Below, in pieces: positions 6,878 to 16,610 of a stretch of 37,980 nt of DNA. Made by a program: the position numbers and the translations under genes. The DNA comes from a virus (lineage: Duplodnaviria > Caudoviricetes), in IMG/VR virus record IMGVR_UViG_3300031658_000032, positions 1 through 37,980 of that record; one strand, 5' to 3'. The stretch's first letter is position 1. Every line of letters begins with the position of its first letter. The notes beneath the pieces were generated by a model, which saw only the letters and a list, made by a program, of their open reading frames with translations, did no database searches and had not been told where the DNA came from.

Positions 6878-6950
6878 CAAGTGTGTATAGGTTCATTACC
6901 TATCGTCTGTTGCTTACTCAGCAGCCACTTGCCCCCTTAACCTTAGTAAG
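6878..6950 (+). ncRNA. putative structured cis-regulatory RNA (three-way junction plus pseudoknot)
   Basis: P1 CAAGTG/CACTTG, P2 ATAGGT/ACCTAT, P3 CTGTTG/CAGCAG; the P3 loop CTTACT is complementary to AGTAAG at 6945-6950, next to the RBS. Confidence 0.55.
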
Positions 6951-6961
6951 AAGGAAGTGTT

Positions 6962-7372
6962 ATGAAAGAATGTTATACATGTAAAGAAACCAAAAGCTAC
7001 GTTAACTTTTACAAAGTAGCAGCAAATAATGACGGACACTCTGGTGTCTGCGGCTCCTGTAAGTTAGCGTATAACCAAAATTACAAGAAAGTGAATAAGG
7101 ATAAGGTAAGAGATGCTTATTTACGTAAGACATATGGTGTCAGTCTTTTAGAAGTAAATGTACTTTTTGAGAAGCAGAAAGGGCGTTGTGACATTTGCGG
7201 TATACATGAGAAGCATTGTAAACATCAGAGACTAGGTGTTGATCATGATCATGACTCAGGTGCTGTTAGAGGTTTACTTTGTGCTAATTGTAACACAGGT
7301 ATAGGATTTCTACAGGACTCCTCTGAGTTTACAGAGAAGGCTACAGCCTACCTAGTCAAATATGGTAAGTAA
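6962..7372 (+). CDS. endonuclease VII-family nuclease (putative free-standing homing endonuclease)
   Basis: N-terminal CYTC...CGSC; QKGRCDIC...LGVDHDHDSGAVRGLLCANCNTGIG. Confidence 0.9.
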   Translation: MKECYTCKETKSYVNFYKVAANNDGHSGVCGSCKLAYNQNYKKVNKDKVRDAYLRKTYGVSLLEVNVLFEKQKGRCDICGIHEKHCKHQRLGVDHDHDSGAVRGLLCANCNTGIGFLQDSSEFTEKATAYLVKYGK

Positions 7373-7399
7373 ATAAGCAACCCACTGAGGATAATTGCA

Positions 7400-7879
7400 A
7401 TGTCACAAGAACCTAAAGAACATAAGTACGGCGTAGATGCTGAAGGCATACCGCTCACTAAGTCTGGTCGCCGCAATAAGAACTTCCTACCCACCAAAGC
7501 TACCACGGACAAACCCAAGCGTAAAGGTAGGCCGCCTAAAGCTGCACTGCAGAAACCTAAAGGCATTATAGGGCGCCCTAAAGGTGACGCTACTATTATC
7601 AATGAATATAAAGCTAGGATGCTTGCCTCGCCTAAGTCAGCTAAGGTTCTTGAAGTTATCTTTGATGCAGCTTTAGATAATGAACATCGTCATCAAGCAA
7701 GCGCGTGGAAGCTTTTGTTAGATCGTATAGCACCTACGGCTGCATTTGAGCAGGAAATAGTGAAAGGTGGCGGTAAAGCAGCTATTCAAATTAACATTAC
7801 TGGTATTGGTGGCGCTAGTGTCTCAGGTACACAAGAGCCAGAAGATGACATAACAGACGCCACATACGAGGTTGTATAA
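7400..7879 (+). CDS. putative terminase small subunit
   Basis: Basic GRPPK/GRPKG motifs and a helical core; TAATG-coupled to terL. Confidence 0.7.
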   Translation: MSQEPKEHKYGVDAEGIPLTKSGRRNKNFLPTKATTDKPKRKGRPPKAALQKPKGIIGRPKGDATIINEYKARMLASPKSAKVLEVIFDAALDNEHRHQASAWKLLLDRIAPTAAFEQEIVKGGGKAAIQINITGIGGASVSGTQEPEDDITDATYEVV

Positions 7880-9153
7880 TGTCAGACTTACAGATTGAAT
7901 TACTGGATTGGCAAAAGAAAGTATGGGCTGATGACACTAGATTTAAAGTAGTAGCTGCAGGACGCCGTTGTGGTAAGTCTAGGCTAGCTGCTTGGCTTCT
8001 AATCGTTAACGCACTACAGGCTACCTTACCAAACTCCCATGTCTTCTATGTTGCTCCCACCCAAGGTCAAGCGAGAGACATACTTTGGAAACTTCTGTTA
8101 GAACTAGGGGCACCAGTCATATCTCAGGCCCACATAAATAACATGCAAATCACCTTAGTCAATGGCTCTACCATATCCCTTAAGGGTGCTGATAGACCTG
8201 ACACTATGCGTGGTGTCTCCCTTAAGTATCTCGTTATGGATGAGTATGGTGACATGAAGCCTGAGGTATTCGAAGAGATCCTACGCCCAGCATTAGCTGA
8301 CCAAAAGGGTGGTTGCTTATTCATAGGCACACCTAAAGGTCGTAACCACTTCTATGACTTATACAAGTATGCTGAGCTATCTGGTGATGACGATGTCACC
8401 TTTGAAGCGTGGCACTTTACCTCATACGACAATGAGATGTTAGATCCTGATGAAATCAATAGTGCTAAGAAGAGTATGTCTACTCATGCATTCCAACAAG
8501 AGTTTATGGCTTCCTTTAAGAACCAAGGCTCTGAGATGTTTAAAGAAGACTGGCTTAACTTTGGCCCTAAGCCTGAGGGTGAGGGTGACTACTATGTTGC
8601 TATTGACCTTGCAGGCTTCCAAGATGTCTCCAAAGCTAAAGGTAACACTTCACGCTTAGACCAATCAGCTATATCCATAGTCTTCGTAAATGAAGCAGGG
8701 TGGTTTATAGAGGACATCGTATATGGACGTTGGACACTAGATGAAACTGCAAACAAGATCTTTGATGTAGTCAAAACTTATAAACCAATGTCCATAGGCA
8801 TAGAGAAAGGCATCTCTAAGCAAGCTGTTATGTCTCCACTAATGGATCGAATGAAACGTCAGAATACGTACTTTCGTGTCGAGGAGCTAACCCACGGTAA
8901 CCAGAAGAAAACAGATCGTATCATGTGGGCCCTACAGGGTCGATTTGAACATGGTCGTATAACCTTAAACAAGAAGAAGAAGGAATGGCATAGTGTCTTC
9001 CTAGATCAACTATTCCAATTTCCAGACCCTCTTACCCATGACGACCTTATAGACTCTTTAGCCTATATAGATCAATTAGCTAAAGTAACCTATGTTGGTA
9101 ACTTTGAAGAATGGGATGACCATGAAACGCTCGACTCAATTAGTGGATACTAA
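7879..9153 (+). CDS. terL: terminase large subunit
   Basis: Walker A VVAAGRRCGKS, Walker B LVMDEY, GTPKG coupling motif, RNase H-like IDLAG and HDDLIDSLAY. Confidence 0.96.
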   Translation: MSDLQIELLDWQKKVWADDTRFKVVAAGRRCGKSRLAAWLLIVNALQATLPNSHVFYVAPTQGQARDILWKLLLELGAPVISQAHINNMQITLVNGSTISLKGADRPDTMRGVSLKYLVMDEYGDMKPEVFEEILRPALADQKGGCLFIGTPKGRNHFYDLYKYAELSGDDDVTFEAWHFTSYDNEMLDPDEINSAKKSMSTHAFQQEFMASFKNQGSEMFKEDWLNFGPKPEGEGDYYVAIDLAGFQDVSKAKGNTSRLDQSAISIVFVNEAGWFIEDIVYGRWTLDETANKIFDVVKTYKPMSIGIEKGISKQAVMSPLMDRMKRQNTYFRVEELTHGNQKKTDRIMWALQGRFEHGRITLNKKKKEWHSVFLDQLFQFPDPLTHDDLIDSLAYIDQLAKVTYVGNFEEWDDHETLDSISGY

Positions 9154-9156
9154 ATT

Positions 9157-11187
9157 ATGAGAATGTTAGACAACAACGAATCAACAGATCCTATCATCAT
9201 TGAACAGAACCTACAAGATTGGGTCATGACTAAGGTTGATGATTGGGGCGACTATTATGAGCAAAACTATGCTCAGAAGCACCAAGAGTATTACCGCTTA
9301 TGGCGTGGCATTTGGGCTGCTTCTGACAAGACTCGTCAAGCTGAACGCTCACAGATCATAGCACCCGCGCTACAACAAGCAGTAGAATCCAACGTAGCTG
9401 AGATTGAAGAGGCTACCTTCGGACGCGGGAAGTACTTTGACATCAAAGATAACATGGGCGACACTGAGACTGAGGACATTGTATTCTTACGTAACAAGCT
9501 TCATGAAGACTTTGACGTAGCTAAGATCCGTAGGGACATTAGCGAATGCTTAATTAACTCGGCTGTGTTTGGTAATGGCATTGGTGAAGTAGTATTAGAG
9601 AACATCAAAGAGATGAAGCCTGCTACTGAATCCGTTATGGACGGAGCAATGGAAGCTGTTGGTGTCAACATAACTGAACGTACCATTGTACGCTTACGTC
9701 CTATCTTACCACAGAACTTCCGTATTGACCCTACAGCTGCTAACATTGATGAAGCACTAGGTTGCGCTATTGATGAGTTTGTAGGTACCCATACAGTTGA
9801 ACAATTACAAGAGTCCGGTGTCTACCGTGACGGCTATATTGGTACAGCTAATGATGACTTCAATTTAGAAGCTGATCAAGACCTAACTGTTTATCAAGAT
9901 GACAAAACACGCCTTACAAAGTACTATGGTCTTGTCCCACGTCACCTTCTCGAAGAAGAGATGGATGACTCAAGCATGATTAGTGACGAAGACAAAGAAA
10001 GCTACTATATTGAAGCCTGTGTCATCATTGCTAACAAAGGTACTATCCTTAAGGCTGAGCCTAGCCCGTTCATGATGAAGGATCGTCCTATAGTTGCATT
10101 CCCTTGGGACGTAGTTCCTTCACGCTTCTATGGTCGTGGCGTATGTGAGAAAGGCTATAACTCCCAGAAGGCTCTAGATGCTGAGCTAAGGGCACGTATT
10201 GACGCTCTAGCCCTCACAGTACACCCTATGCTTGCAATGGACGCTACACGCATCCCACGTGGCACTAAGCCCGAGATTCGTGCTGGCAAGCTACTATTAA
10301 CCAATGGTGACCCTCGTGAGATCATCAATCCTTTCAACTTTGGCAATGTAAGTCAAATAACGTTCGCTCAGGCTTCAGCACTACAGTCGATGGTACAGCA
10401 GAGTACAGGTGCTGTTGACTCTTCTGGTGTTGGTGGCCAAATTAATGGAGAAGCTACTGCTGCAGGCATTTCGATGTCTCTAGGTGCAATAATCAAACGT
10501 CACAAGCGCACCTTGATTAACTTCCAAGAGTCTTTCTTGATACCTTTAGTATCTAAGGCTGCTTGGCGTTATATGCAGTACGAGCCTGAGCTATACCCAG
10601 TATCGGACTATAAGTTCAATGCTACATCTACTTTAGGAATTGTTGCTAGAGAGTACGAAGTTTCTCAACTTGTACAATTATTACAGACTATGGGTAAGGA
10701 CACACCTTACTATCCTGTAATGCTTAAGTCTATCGTGGACAATATGAATGTCTCCAATAGAGAAGAGTTAATAGGTCTTATTGACAAGGCAGCCGAGCCT
10801 ACACCTGAAGCACAGCAAGCACAAGAAGAGACTCGTCAAGCTGAGTTAGCTTTCCAAGCGTCACAAACTGCTGCTCTTAATGCACAAGCCGCTGAGTCTG
10901 AAGCACGCGCTGCTAAGATGAAGGTTGAAGCAATGGCTATACCTGAAGAGACTAAGATAGCTCATATGAAAGCTGTAACCACTAACCTACAAGCTGGTGA
11001 TAAGGACGACAAAGAGTTTGAACGCCGTATGCGTGTCAGTGAAGGCATGCTCAAGGAGCGTGAAGTTCAACTTAAGGAGCGTACAGCTACACAACCTCAA
11101 GCAACTAATGCTGCTGAGGATGCACTAATGCAGCGCCTAGCGCCTACTCAAGGTGTCCCTATGGAGTCTAACGAACAGGAGTTATAA
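9157..11187 (+). CDS. portal protein
   Basis: 676 aa directly after terL; FGNGIG, FYGRGV...QKALDA and TAAGISM motifs typical of podoviral portals; C-terminal helical barrel. Confidence 0.9.
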   Translation: MRMLDNNESTDPIIIEQNLQDWVMTKVDDWGDYYEQNYAQKHQEYYRLWRGIWAASDKTRQAERSQIIAPALQQAVESNVAEIEEATFGRGKYFDIKDNMGDTETEDIVFLRNKLHEDFDVAKIRRDISECLINSAVFGNGIGEVVLENIKEMKPATESVMDGAMEAVGVNITERTIVRLRPILPQNFRIDPTAANIDEALGCAIDEFVGTHTVEQLQESGVYRDGYIGTANDDFNLEADQDLTVYQDDKTRLTKYYGLVPRHLLEEEMDDSSMISDEDKESYYIEACVIIANKGTILKAEPSPFMMKDRPIVAFPWDVVPSRFYGRGVCEKGYNSQKALDAELRARIDALALTVHPMLAMDATRIPRGTKPEIRAGKLLLTNGDPREIINPFNFGNVSQITFAQASALQSMVQQSTGAVDSSGVGGQINGEATAAGISMSLGAIIKRHKRTLINFQESFLIPLVSKAAWRYMQYEPELYPVSDYKFNATSTLGIVAREYEVSQLVQLLQTMGKDTPYYPVMLKSIVDNMNVSNREELIGLIDKAAEPTPEAQQAQEETRQAELAFQASQTAALNAQAAESEARAAKMKVEAMAIPEETKIAHMKAVTTNLQAGDKDDKEFERRMRVSEGMLKEREVQLKERTATQPQATNAAEDALMQRLAPTQGVPMESNEQEL

Positions 11188-12215
11188 TGATAAGTTCAGA
11201 TGCTAAATTAGTAGCTATCCATGACAAGCTAGAGGCGCAGATTAAAACCCTGCGTCTTAAGCATGGTGTCAATGGCACTAACGGTACTGATGGCATCTCT
11301 ATCAAAGGTGACCAAGGTGACCGAGGCCACGATGGTATAGGTCATGATGGTAAGCAAGGCGCCCAAGGTACTGATGGTACTGATGGCGCTGATGGCGCTG
11401 ATGGAGTCTCAATCACTGAGGCTTCTATCGCCTTTGACAATCATTTAGTTATTAAACTATCAGACGGTAACGAGATTGATGCTGGCGTCCTACAGGGCGG
11501 CGGAGGTGGTGACCAGTATATTCGTGGCGGAAGCACAGTAAGTGTTAACGCAGGTGCTGGTGAAGGTGGCTACGAGTTCACAGGAGGCTTTGTAGAGCGT
11601 ACTACAGGTTCCTCAGGTAGTAATGACCTTGGATCAAACGTTCAGTACACGACAGTACAGGCAGCTGCAGGCACATGGAAGCGATTTGGCTTCAGTGCTG
11701 CACAACAGGCAATTAATGACGTAGAGTACTGGGGTGAAACAGACCCAACATTCGATCAGACTAAAGGACTCTTTGGTGGCCTCCACATGCCACCTAATGT
11801 TACTTCTTTGATTAACTATACAGACACTTCCTTGAATGCTGCTGTAACTACAGGCTCACTTCAGTATACAGAAGCTGCAGGTAGCTATGACTTAACTCAG
11901 TGTCTCGTAGGTGACCGTGTACAGGTACGCTTCAGTTTCAACGTAGTACCTCAGGTGGCTAACTCAACTTTAGAAGTTGCTTTGATCTTTGCTACACGTG
12001 ATGCTTCAGACAATGTGACCTTTACGTTTCCACTTACGACACAACCAGTATTCTTTGGCACAGGTTCTGTAGGCGTAGCTTACTTAAATCGTATTGAGAT
12101 GTCTGCTTATATAGCGTCTGATGAAGATCGTAACTCAAGGGCTTTAGTGGCTATTCGCTGCAATAATGAAATACTTATCCAGCCACTGTCAACACTTATT
12201 ACAGTAATTAGGTAA
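11187..12215 (+). CDS. collagen-like (Gly-X-Y) fibre protein with globular C-terminal domain
   Basis: GVNGTNGTDG...GDQGDRGHDG...GKQGAQGTDGTDGADGADG; TAATG-coupled to the portal gene. Confidence 0.8.
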   Translation: MISSDAKLVAIHDKLEAQIKTLRLKHGVNGTNGTDGISIKGDQGDRGHDGIGHDGKQGAQGTDGTDGADGADGVSITEASIAFDNHLVIKLSDGNEIDAGVLQGGGGGDQYIRGGSTVSVNAGAGEGGYEFTGGFVERTTGSSGSNDLGSNVQYTTVQAAAGTWKRFGFSAAQQAINDVEYWGETDPTFDQTKGLFGGLHMPPNVTSLINYTDTSLNAAVTTGSLQYTEAAGSYDLTQCLVGDRVQVRFSFNVVPQVANSTLEVALIFATRDASDNVTFTFPLTTQPVFFGTGSVGVAYLNRIEMSAYIASDEDRNSRALVAIRCNNEILIQPLSTLITVIR

Positions 12216-12219
12216 CATA

Positions 12220-14997
12220 ATGGCTATTCGAATCTCAAGGAACGCAGAAGGTAACTGCATAAACTTTATAGGGTCTACTAACCCATCCTATTGGAATTCT
12301 TGTTTAAGTGCTGTAGTTAACACAACTGACTCTACTCGTGTGGACGTTATTAACGATGTACGTACAGAGAATGCTGCTGACACTAAGTATGAATTTTATG
12401 CTATAGAGTACACAGAGTTTGCTGATAAGGAAGGTAACCCCTTTACAGATGCAGCAGCTTGTGTTGTTTACATTAATACTAATGCTAACGTAGCTGGTGT
12501 GTCTGCTGAAGGTACGGATCTAACAGGCATCACAGTTAACTTCCGATTAGATGATACAACTACATCTATTATCATTGATAACGGCTCAGCCTTTGGTGTA
12601 AACACTATCAAAGCTGTAGGTGACGCTGATGGTACTATACATATACACGCTATAGGCGCTGGTAACCCTAATGGCGCCTCAGGTGCTAATACCAAGACAC
12701 ACTTTGAGAAGTTAGAAGTAGGTAACGTATGTGTCAATGGTACTGTGGTTGCTGGTGGCCTAGCTGACATAGTTAACGTACTCAACGAACTATTCACTGT
12801 AGGCTCCATAGGCTCTGTTGTTATCAATGACCCTTTCACTACTCGCATAGCTAACGTCACTGGTGAATCCTCTGCCTTTACCTTAGTTGGCGCTACTGCT
12901 GCTACTCCTAGTGGCTCTGAGATACTAGAGAATTCCTCTGCACTCACAGACGCCTTCTATACTGCTGGTTTGAAAGCTACAGAAACTATTAGCAACTCAG
13001 GTGAGTACTATACCTTTGACATAATTACTACAGGCTCTATAGGCTTTGGTCTAATACATTCACAAGCCTCTTATGCCGCTGGACAGTACATAGGTGATGC
13101 TACTGTAGCTGACCCAACTACCTTTGCTGTAACTAATACAGATAAGGCTGGCTATCAATGGTCACACTGGTTTAACACAACTACCGCAGGCTCTTGGAAG
13201 GAAGCTGGTGCCCGTGTAGGCGCTATTGCTGGTGAGCATGTAACTACTTGGGCTAAGTCCTCTGATTGGGCTGCAGGTACTCTTGTGAAAGTTAAGGTAG
13301 GCTTTGATGCTGATGGTTTTGCTACTGTTAGTACATTAAAGGCTGATGGCACTTGGGGCATCCATTATCGCTCTAACTATGCTCTAGGCGGCTTAGGTGA
13401 GTTTCACTTAGGTATCAAGATCAAAGATGTAGGCCCTATGGTAGCTACTGCTCCTACGGTTCACTTACTTGACCCTACTGCTCCTGACATTATGAACTTT
13501 AGATTTATAGAGTCACCTGATGCAGCTTGGGATTATCCTTTGTTTGCTACTGAAGAAGAAGCAGACTTCTATGACTTGAAGAGTGGCGGCACAGGTACTG
13601 CTACTACAGTCACCTACGTGGATGACGCTAGTGATACAGAATGGTATAAACCTGACAATGGCTTCACGTCACAAGGCACTGTAACGCCTCCCGCGACTAC
13701 CTTTGAAGGTAACGTTGTTGTATGGACAGAGATAACCTCACTGACCAATGCTGACTTAACTCCTGATGTATTCTCAGGGCCTGACTTCACACAAGTAGAA
13801 GCTACTAGCGTGAACATTGATATAGGCGGCTCTGCTGTATATAGCCAATCAGTAACTATTGATTCAGCTACCTCAGGTTTAGTCTATAATACAGCCACGC
13901 GATTCCTACAAGGCACCTTAACTGACGTAGGTTCTGATACTGTTTATACTATCACTGTTGTACGTGCTAATGCCTTTGGCTCCACTACAGGCTCATTCAC
14001 TATCACAGCCACAGATACAGTTCCTTTCTCACCTACTACCACAGTATGGACTAAGGCTCTGGACATCAATGGTTCCGCTGAGTTTCTACATGATGGACTA
14101 CATACGCATCATTATATATGTCCTATGTTGATGAATAAGGCTGGAGGCACTGTAGGTTATAACTCCACAGGTACAGCCACTACAGCTGCTACAGGTACTT
14201 CTTACCCTTGGCATAACGCTTGTGTCTTTCAGAACAATGGCGCCATAAATGCTATCTTTGGGCAGCTGCAAACATCCACTTCAGTGTCGCCTAGTATCTT
14301 AGTTAAAGTTAAAAACAACAAGCTGGTTATGACTTGGGGTTACTATGGTGACTTTATGAAAGCTGAATCAACTAACGTCATATGCGCTACAGGTGATTGG
14401 GTAGGTCTATATGTTTCCTTTAATGGTAACAAGTGGCCCTCCTTAGCTGCACATAATAGTGGTTCTGGTGATGATACATTCAAGTTCTGTACAGTTAACT
14501 TAACTTCAGGCGTTGTAACTACCATACCGATGACTTGGAGCATTGGAGGTACTATATCTAACCCACAAGGTGGTAACCATGTTGCATTAGGTAACAACCA
14601 GACTTTTAAGATAGGTAAACAGTACTCTGATCAAGGCCCTTCTACTCAGTCGTTTAAGTTAGCCGCAATGGTAGAATCAACATTAAAGGTTGGACAGACT
14701 CTACCTATAGATGCTGAAATATCCATGATGGTACGTGACCCTATTCAATGGGAACTGGACTACAAAGAAGGGGCTACACATAGGCCTGCTTATTCTACAA
14801 GCACTATAAACTACACTGGTGATTCTACTAGCTACTATACTAACCATATCTGGTTAATGGGTGATGGCACAAGTGACCAACCGAGCGTCATACGTAACCA
14901 GACCAACGTCAATGACACATCGTACACTTACTTACTTACCAATAGTATGGTATCAAATGACTTAGTAACTGTTAACATAGCGGGCCTTACTCCTTAG
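12220..14997 (+). CDS. large beta-rich virion protein, probably with Ig-like and ConA/LamG-like carbohydrate-binding domains
   Basis: 925 aa, T/G/S/N-rich; Ig-like segment SGLVYN...LQGT...YTITVVRANAFGSTTGSFTIT; C-terminal KALDINGS...WVGLYVSFNG...FKIG pattern. Confidence 0.6.
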   Translation: MAIRISRNAEGNCINFIGSTNPSYWNSCLSAVVNTTDSTRVDVINDVRTENAADTKYEFYAIEYTEFADKEGNPFTDAAACVVYINTNANVAGVSAEGTDLTGITVNFRLDDTTTSIIIDNGSAFGVNTIKAVGDADGTIHIHAIGAGNPNGASGANTKTHFEKLEVGNVCVNGTVVAGGLADIVNVLNELFTVGSIGSVVINDPFTTRIANVTGESSAFTLVGATAATPSGSEILENSSALTDAFYTAGLKATETISNSGEYYTFDIITTGSIGFGLIHSQASYAAGQYIGDATVADPTTFAVTNTDKAGYQWSHWFNTTTAGSWKEAGARVGAIAGEHVTTWAKSSDWAAGTLVKVKVGFDADGFATVSTLKADGTWGIHYRSNYALGGLGEFHLGIKIKDVGPMVATAPTVHLLDPTAPDIMNFRFIESPDAAWDYPLFATEEEADFYDLKSGGTGTATTVTYVDDASDTEWYKPDNGFTSQGTVTPPATTFEGNVVVWTEITSLTNADLTPDVFSGPDFTQVEATSVNIDIGGSAVYSQSVTIDSATSGLVYNTATRFLQGTLTDVGSDTVYTITVVRANAFGSTTGSFTITATDTVPFSPTTTVWTKALDINGSAEFLHDGLHTHHYICPMLMNKAGGTVGYNSTGTATTAATGTSYPWHNACVFQNNGAINAIFGQLQTSTSVSPSILVKVKNNKLVMTWGYYGDFMKAESTNVICATGDWVGLYVSFNGNKWPSLAAHNSGSGDDTFKFCTVNLTSGVVTTIPMTWSIGGTISNPQGGNHVALGNNQTFKIGKQYSDQGPSTQSFKLAAMVESTLKVGQTLPIDAEISMMVRDPIQWELDYKEGATHRPAYSTSTINYTGDSTSYYTNHIWLMGDGTSDQPSVIRNQTNVNDTSYTYLLTNSMVSNDLVTVNIAGLTP

Positions 14998-15022
14998 GCC
15001 CATAACTTAGGAAATAAATAAA

Positions 15023-15160
15023 ATGGTATCTCAACGAGACCTGAACAAAGTAGTTGAACAGATCAATAGCAGCTATGCAGCCTTGATTAAACGTCTAGAT
15101 AAGCTAGAGGCTGCTAACGTAGCCCTTAACACAAAAAGCAAAGAAAGTAAAGATAAATAA
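15023..15160 (+). CDS. small coiled-coil protein, 45 aa (not in ORF track)
   Basis: MVSQRDLNKVVEQINSSYAALIKRLDKLEAANVALNTKSKESKDK; AGGA RBS. Confidence 0.7.
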   Translation: MVSQRDLNKVVEQINSSYAALIKRLDKLEAANVALNTKSKESKDK

Positions 15161-15169
15161 AGAAATAAC

Positions 15170-15198
15170 TTGACTTTTATAGTAATTTGTGTTATAAT
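15170..15198 (+). promoter_or_regulatory. sigma70 promoter for the scaffold/capsid operon
   Basis: TTGACT-17 nt-TATAAT with TGT extended -10 and an A-rich upstream element. Confidence 0.9.
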
Positions 15199-15243
15199 AG
15201 CCACATCTAATCAAGATACTTTTAATAAAGGATAATATCTTAT

Positions 15244-15492
15244 ATGACAGACAAAGAACTAGAGGTTTACTTTAGGGACATGAATGACTTATTTCGTACT
15301 AAGGGCTGGCAAGTCTTTGTTGATGACCTAAGACAGAATGTAGCTAACATAAACTCAGTAGAAGGTACTAAAGATGGTAACGACCTTTACTTCCGTAAGG
15401 GCCAATTAAACATCATAGGTGCCATACTTAACATTGAAGAAACTACTCGCATAGGACAAGAAGAGTCCCAAAGGGTAGAAGATAATGTATAA
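15244..15492 (+). CDS. small head-module protein
   Basis: LFRTKGWQVF...LYFRKGQL pattern of small proteins found between portal and scaffold; AAGGA RBS. Confidence 0.75.
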   Translation: MTDKELEVYFRDMNDLFRTKGWQVFVDDLRQNVANINSVEGTKDGNDLYFRKGQLNIIGAILNIEETTRIGQEESQRVEDNV

Positions 15493-15721
15493 GTTCTACG
15501 ACTATAAGTGTCCACTCGGACATCTTAATGAACATATGGTTAAAGGCTCACCCGACACACAGAAGTGTAAGGACTGTGCAGCCCAAGCAACCAGACAACT
15601 TTCCTCTCCCCGCTCTCTTTTAGATCCATTCTCTGGCGACTTCGCTGGTGCCACTATTAAGTGGATTAAGGATCATGAGCGCGGTAGAGCAAAAGCAGAG
15701 AAAGCCAACCCTGATAGCTAG
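15485..15721 (+). CDS. FmdB-like zinc-ribbon protein
   Basis: YDYKCPLGH..E...CKDC...ATRQLSSP. Confidence 0.8.
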   Translation: MYKFYDYKCPLGHLNEHMVKGSPDTQKCKDCAAQATRQLSSPRSLLDPFSGDFAGATIKWIKDHERGRAKAEKANPDS

Positions 15722-15769
15722 GAGCTTTCATTTTCAATCTCTCCATAATACTAAGGTACGGAGTTTAAT

Positions 15770-16582
15770 ATGGCAGCAGTTATCCTCGATGAGGACTTAA
15801 GTAATGAGCGTTTTGATAGCCTAGATGACATGACGGAAGGAACAGAAGCACCACAAGAGGCCCCTGAGGCTAACCTTGAGGAAGCACCTGCACCAGAAGC
15901 AGTCCCAGACAAATACAACGGCAAGTCGTTAGAAGATGTAGTTCGTATGCACCAAGAAGCTGAGAAGCTCTTAGGTCGTCAATCTTCTGAAGTAGGTGAC
16001 TTACGAAGTGTAGTCGATAGTTATATCAACACACAACTCACGTCACAGGAGGCCCCACAAGCCACCCAAGACACAGATGAAGAATTAGATTTTTACTCAG
16101 ATCCTGAGAAGGCCATGAGTCGAGCAATTGATAATCATCCATCAGTGAAAGCAGCAGAAGCATCCACGAGAGCTTATAAACAGCAAACCTCAATGGCACT
16201 CCTAAAAGAGAATCACCCAGAGATACCACAGATCGTAAATGATCCTAAGTTCGCAGAGTGGATCCAAGCCTCACAGATACGTACTCGAATGTTCGTACAA
16301 GCAGACCAACACTTTGACGTAGAAGCAGCTAATGAGATATTCTCCTTATGGAAGGATCGGAGCGGCTCTATTAATAAGACACTTCAGGCTGAGAAAGAAG
16401 GAAGGCAGAAAGCTGTCAAAGAAGGATCTATGGGTAACACACGTGGTAACCCTGACTCCAGCACTTCCAAAAAGATCTATAGACGCGCTGATATTATTAA
16501 ACTAATGAAAACAGATCCCGAGCGCTACCTAGCGTTGTCTGATGATATTGCACAAGCATATCGTGAGAAACGGGTAAAATAA
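15770..16582 (+). CDS. capsid scaffolding protein
   Basis: Acidic N-terminus, PDKYNGKS motif, helical, ends AYREKRVK; immediately upstream of the MCP. Confidence 0.85.
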   Translation: MAAVILDEDLSNERFDSLDDMTEGTEAPQEAPEANLEEAPAPEAVPDKYNGKSLEDVVRMHQEAEKLLGRQSSEVGDLRSVVDSYINTQLTSQEAPQATQDTDEELDFYSDPEKAMSRAIDNHPSVKAAEASTRAYKQQTSMALLKENHPEIPQIVNDPKFAEWIQASQIRTRMFVQADQHFDVEAANEIFSLWKDRSGSINKTLQAEKEGRQKAVKEGSMGNTRGNPDSSTSKKIYRRADIIKLMKTDPERYLALSDDIAQAYREKRVK

Positions 16583-16610
16583 ACCTTACATATAAATAGA
16601 GAAATTTAAA

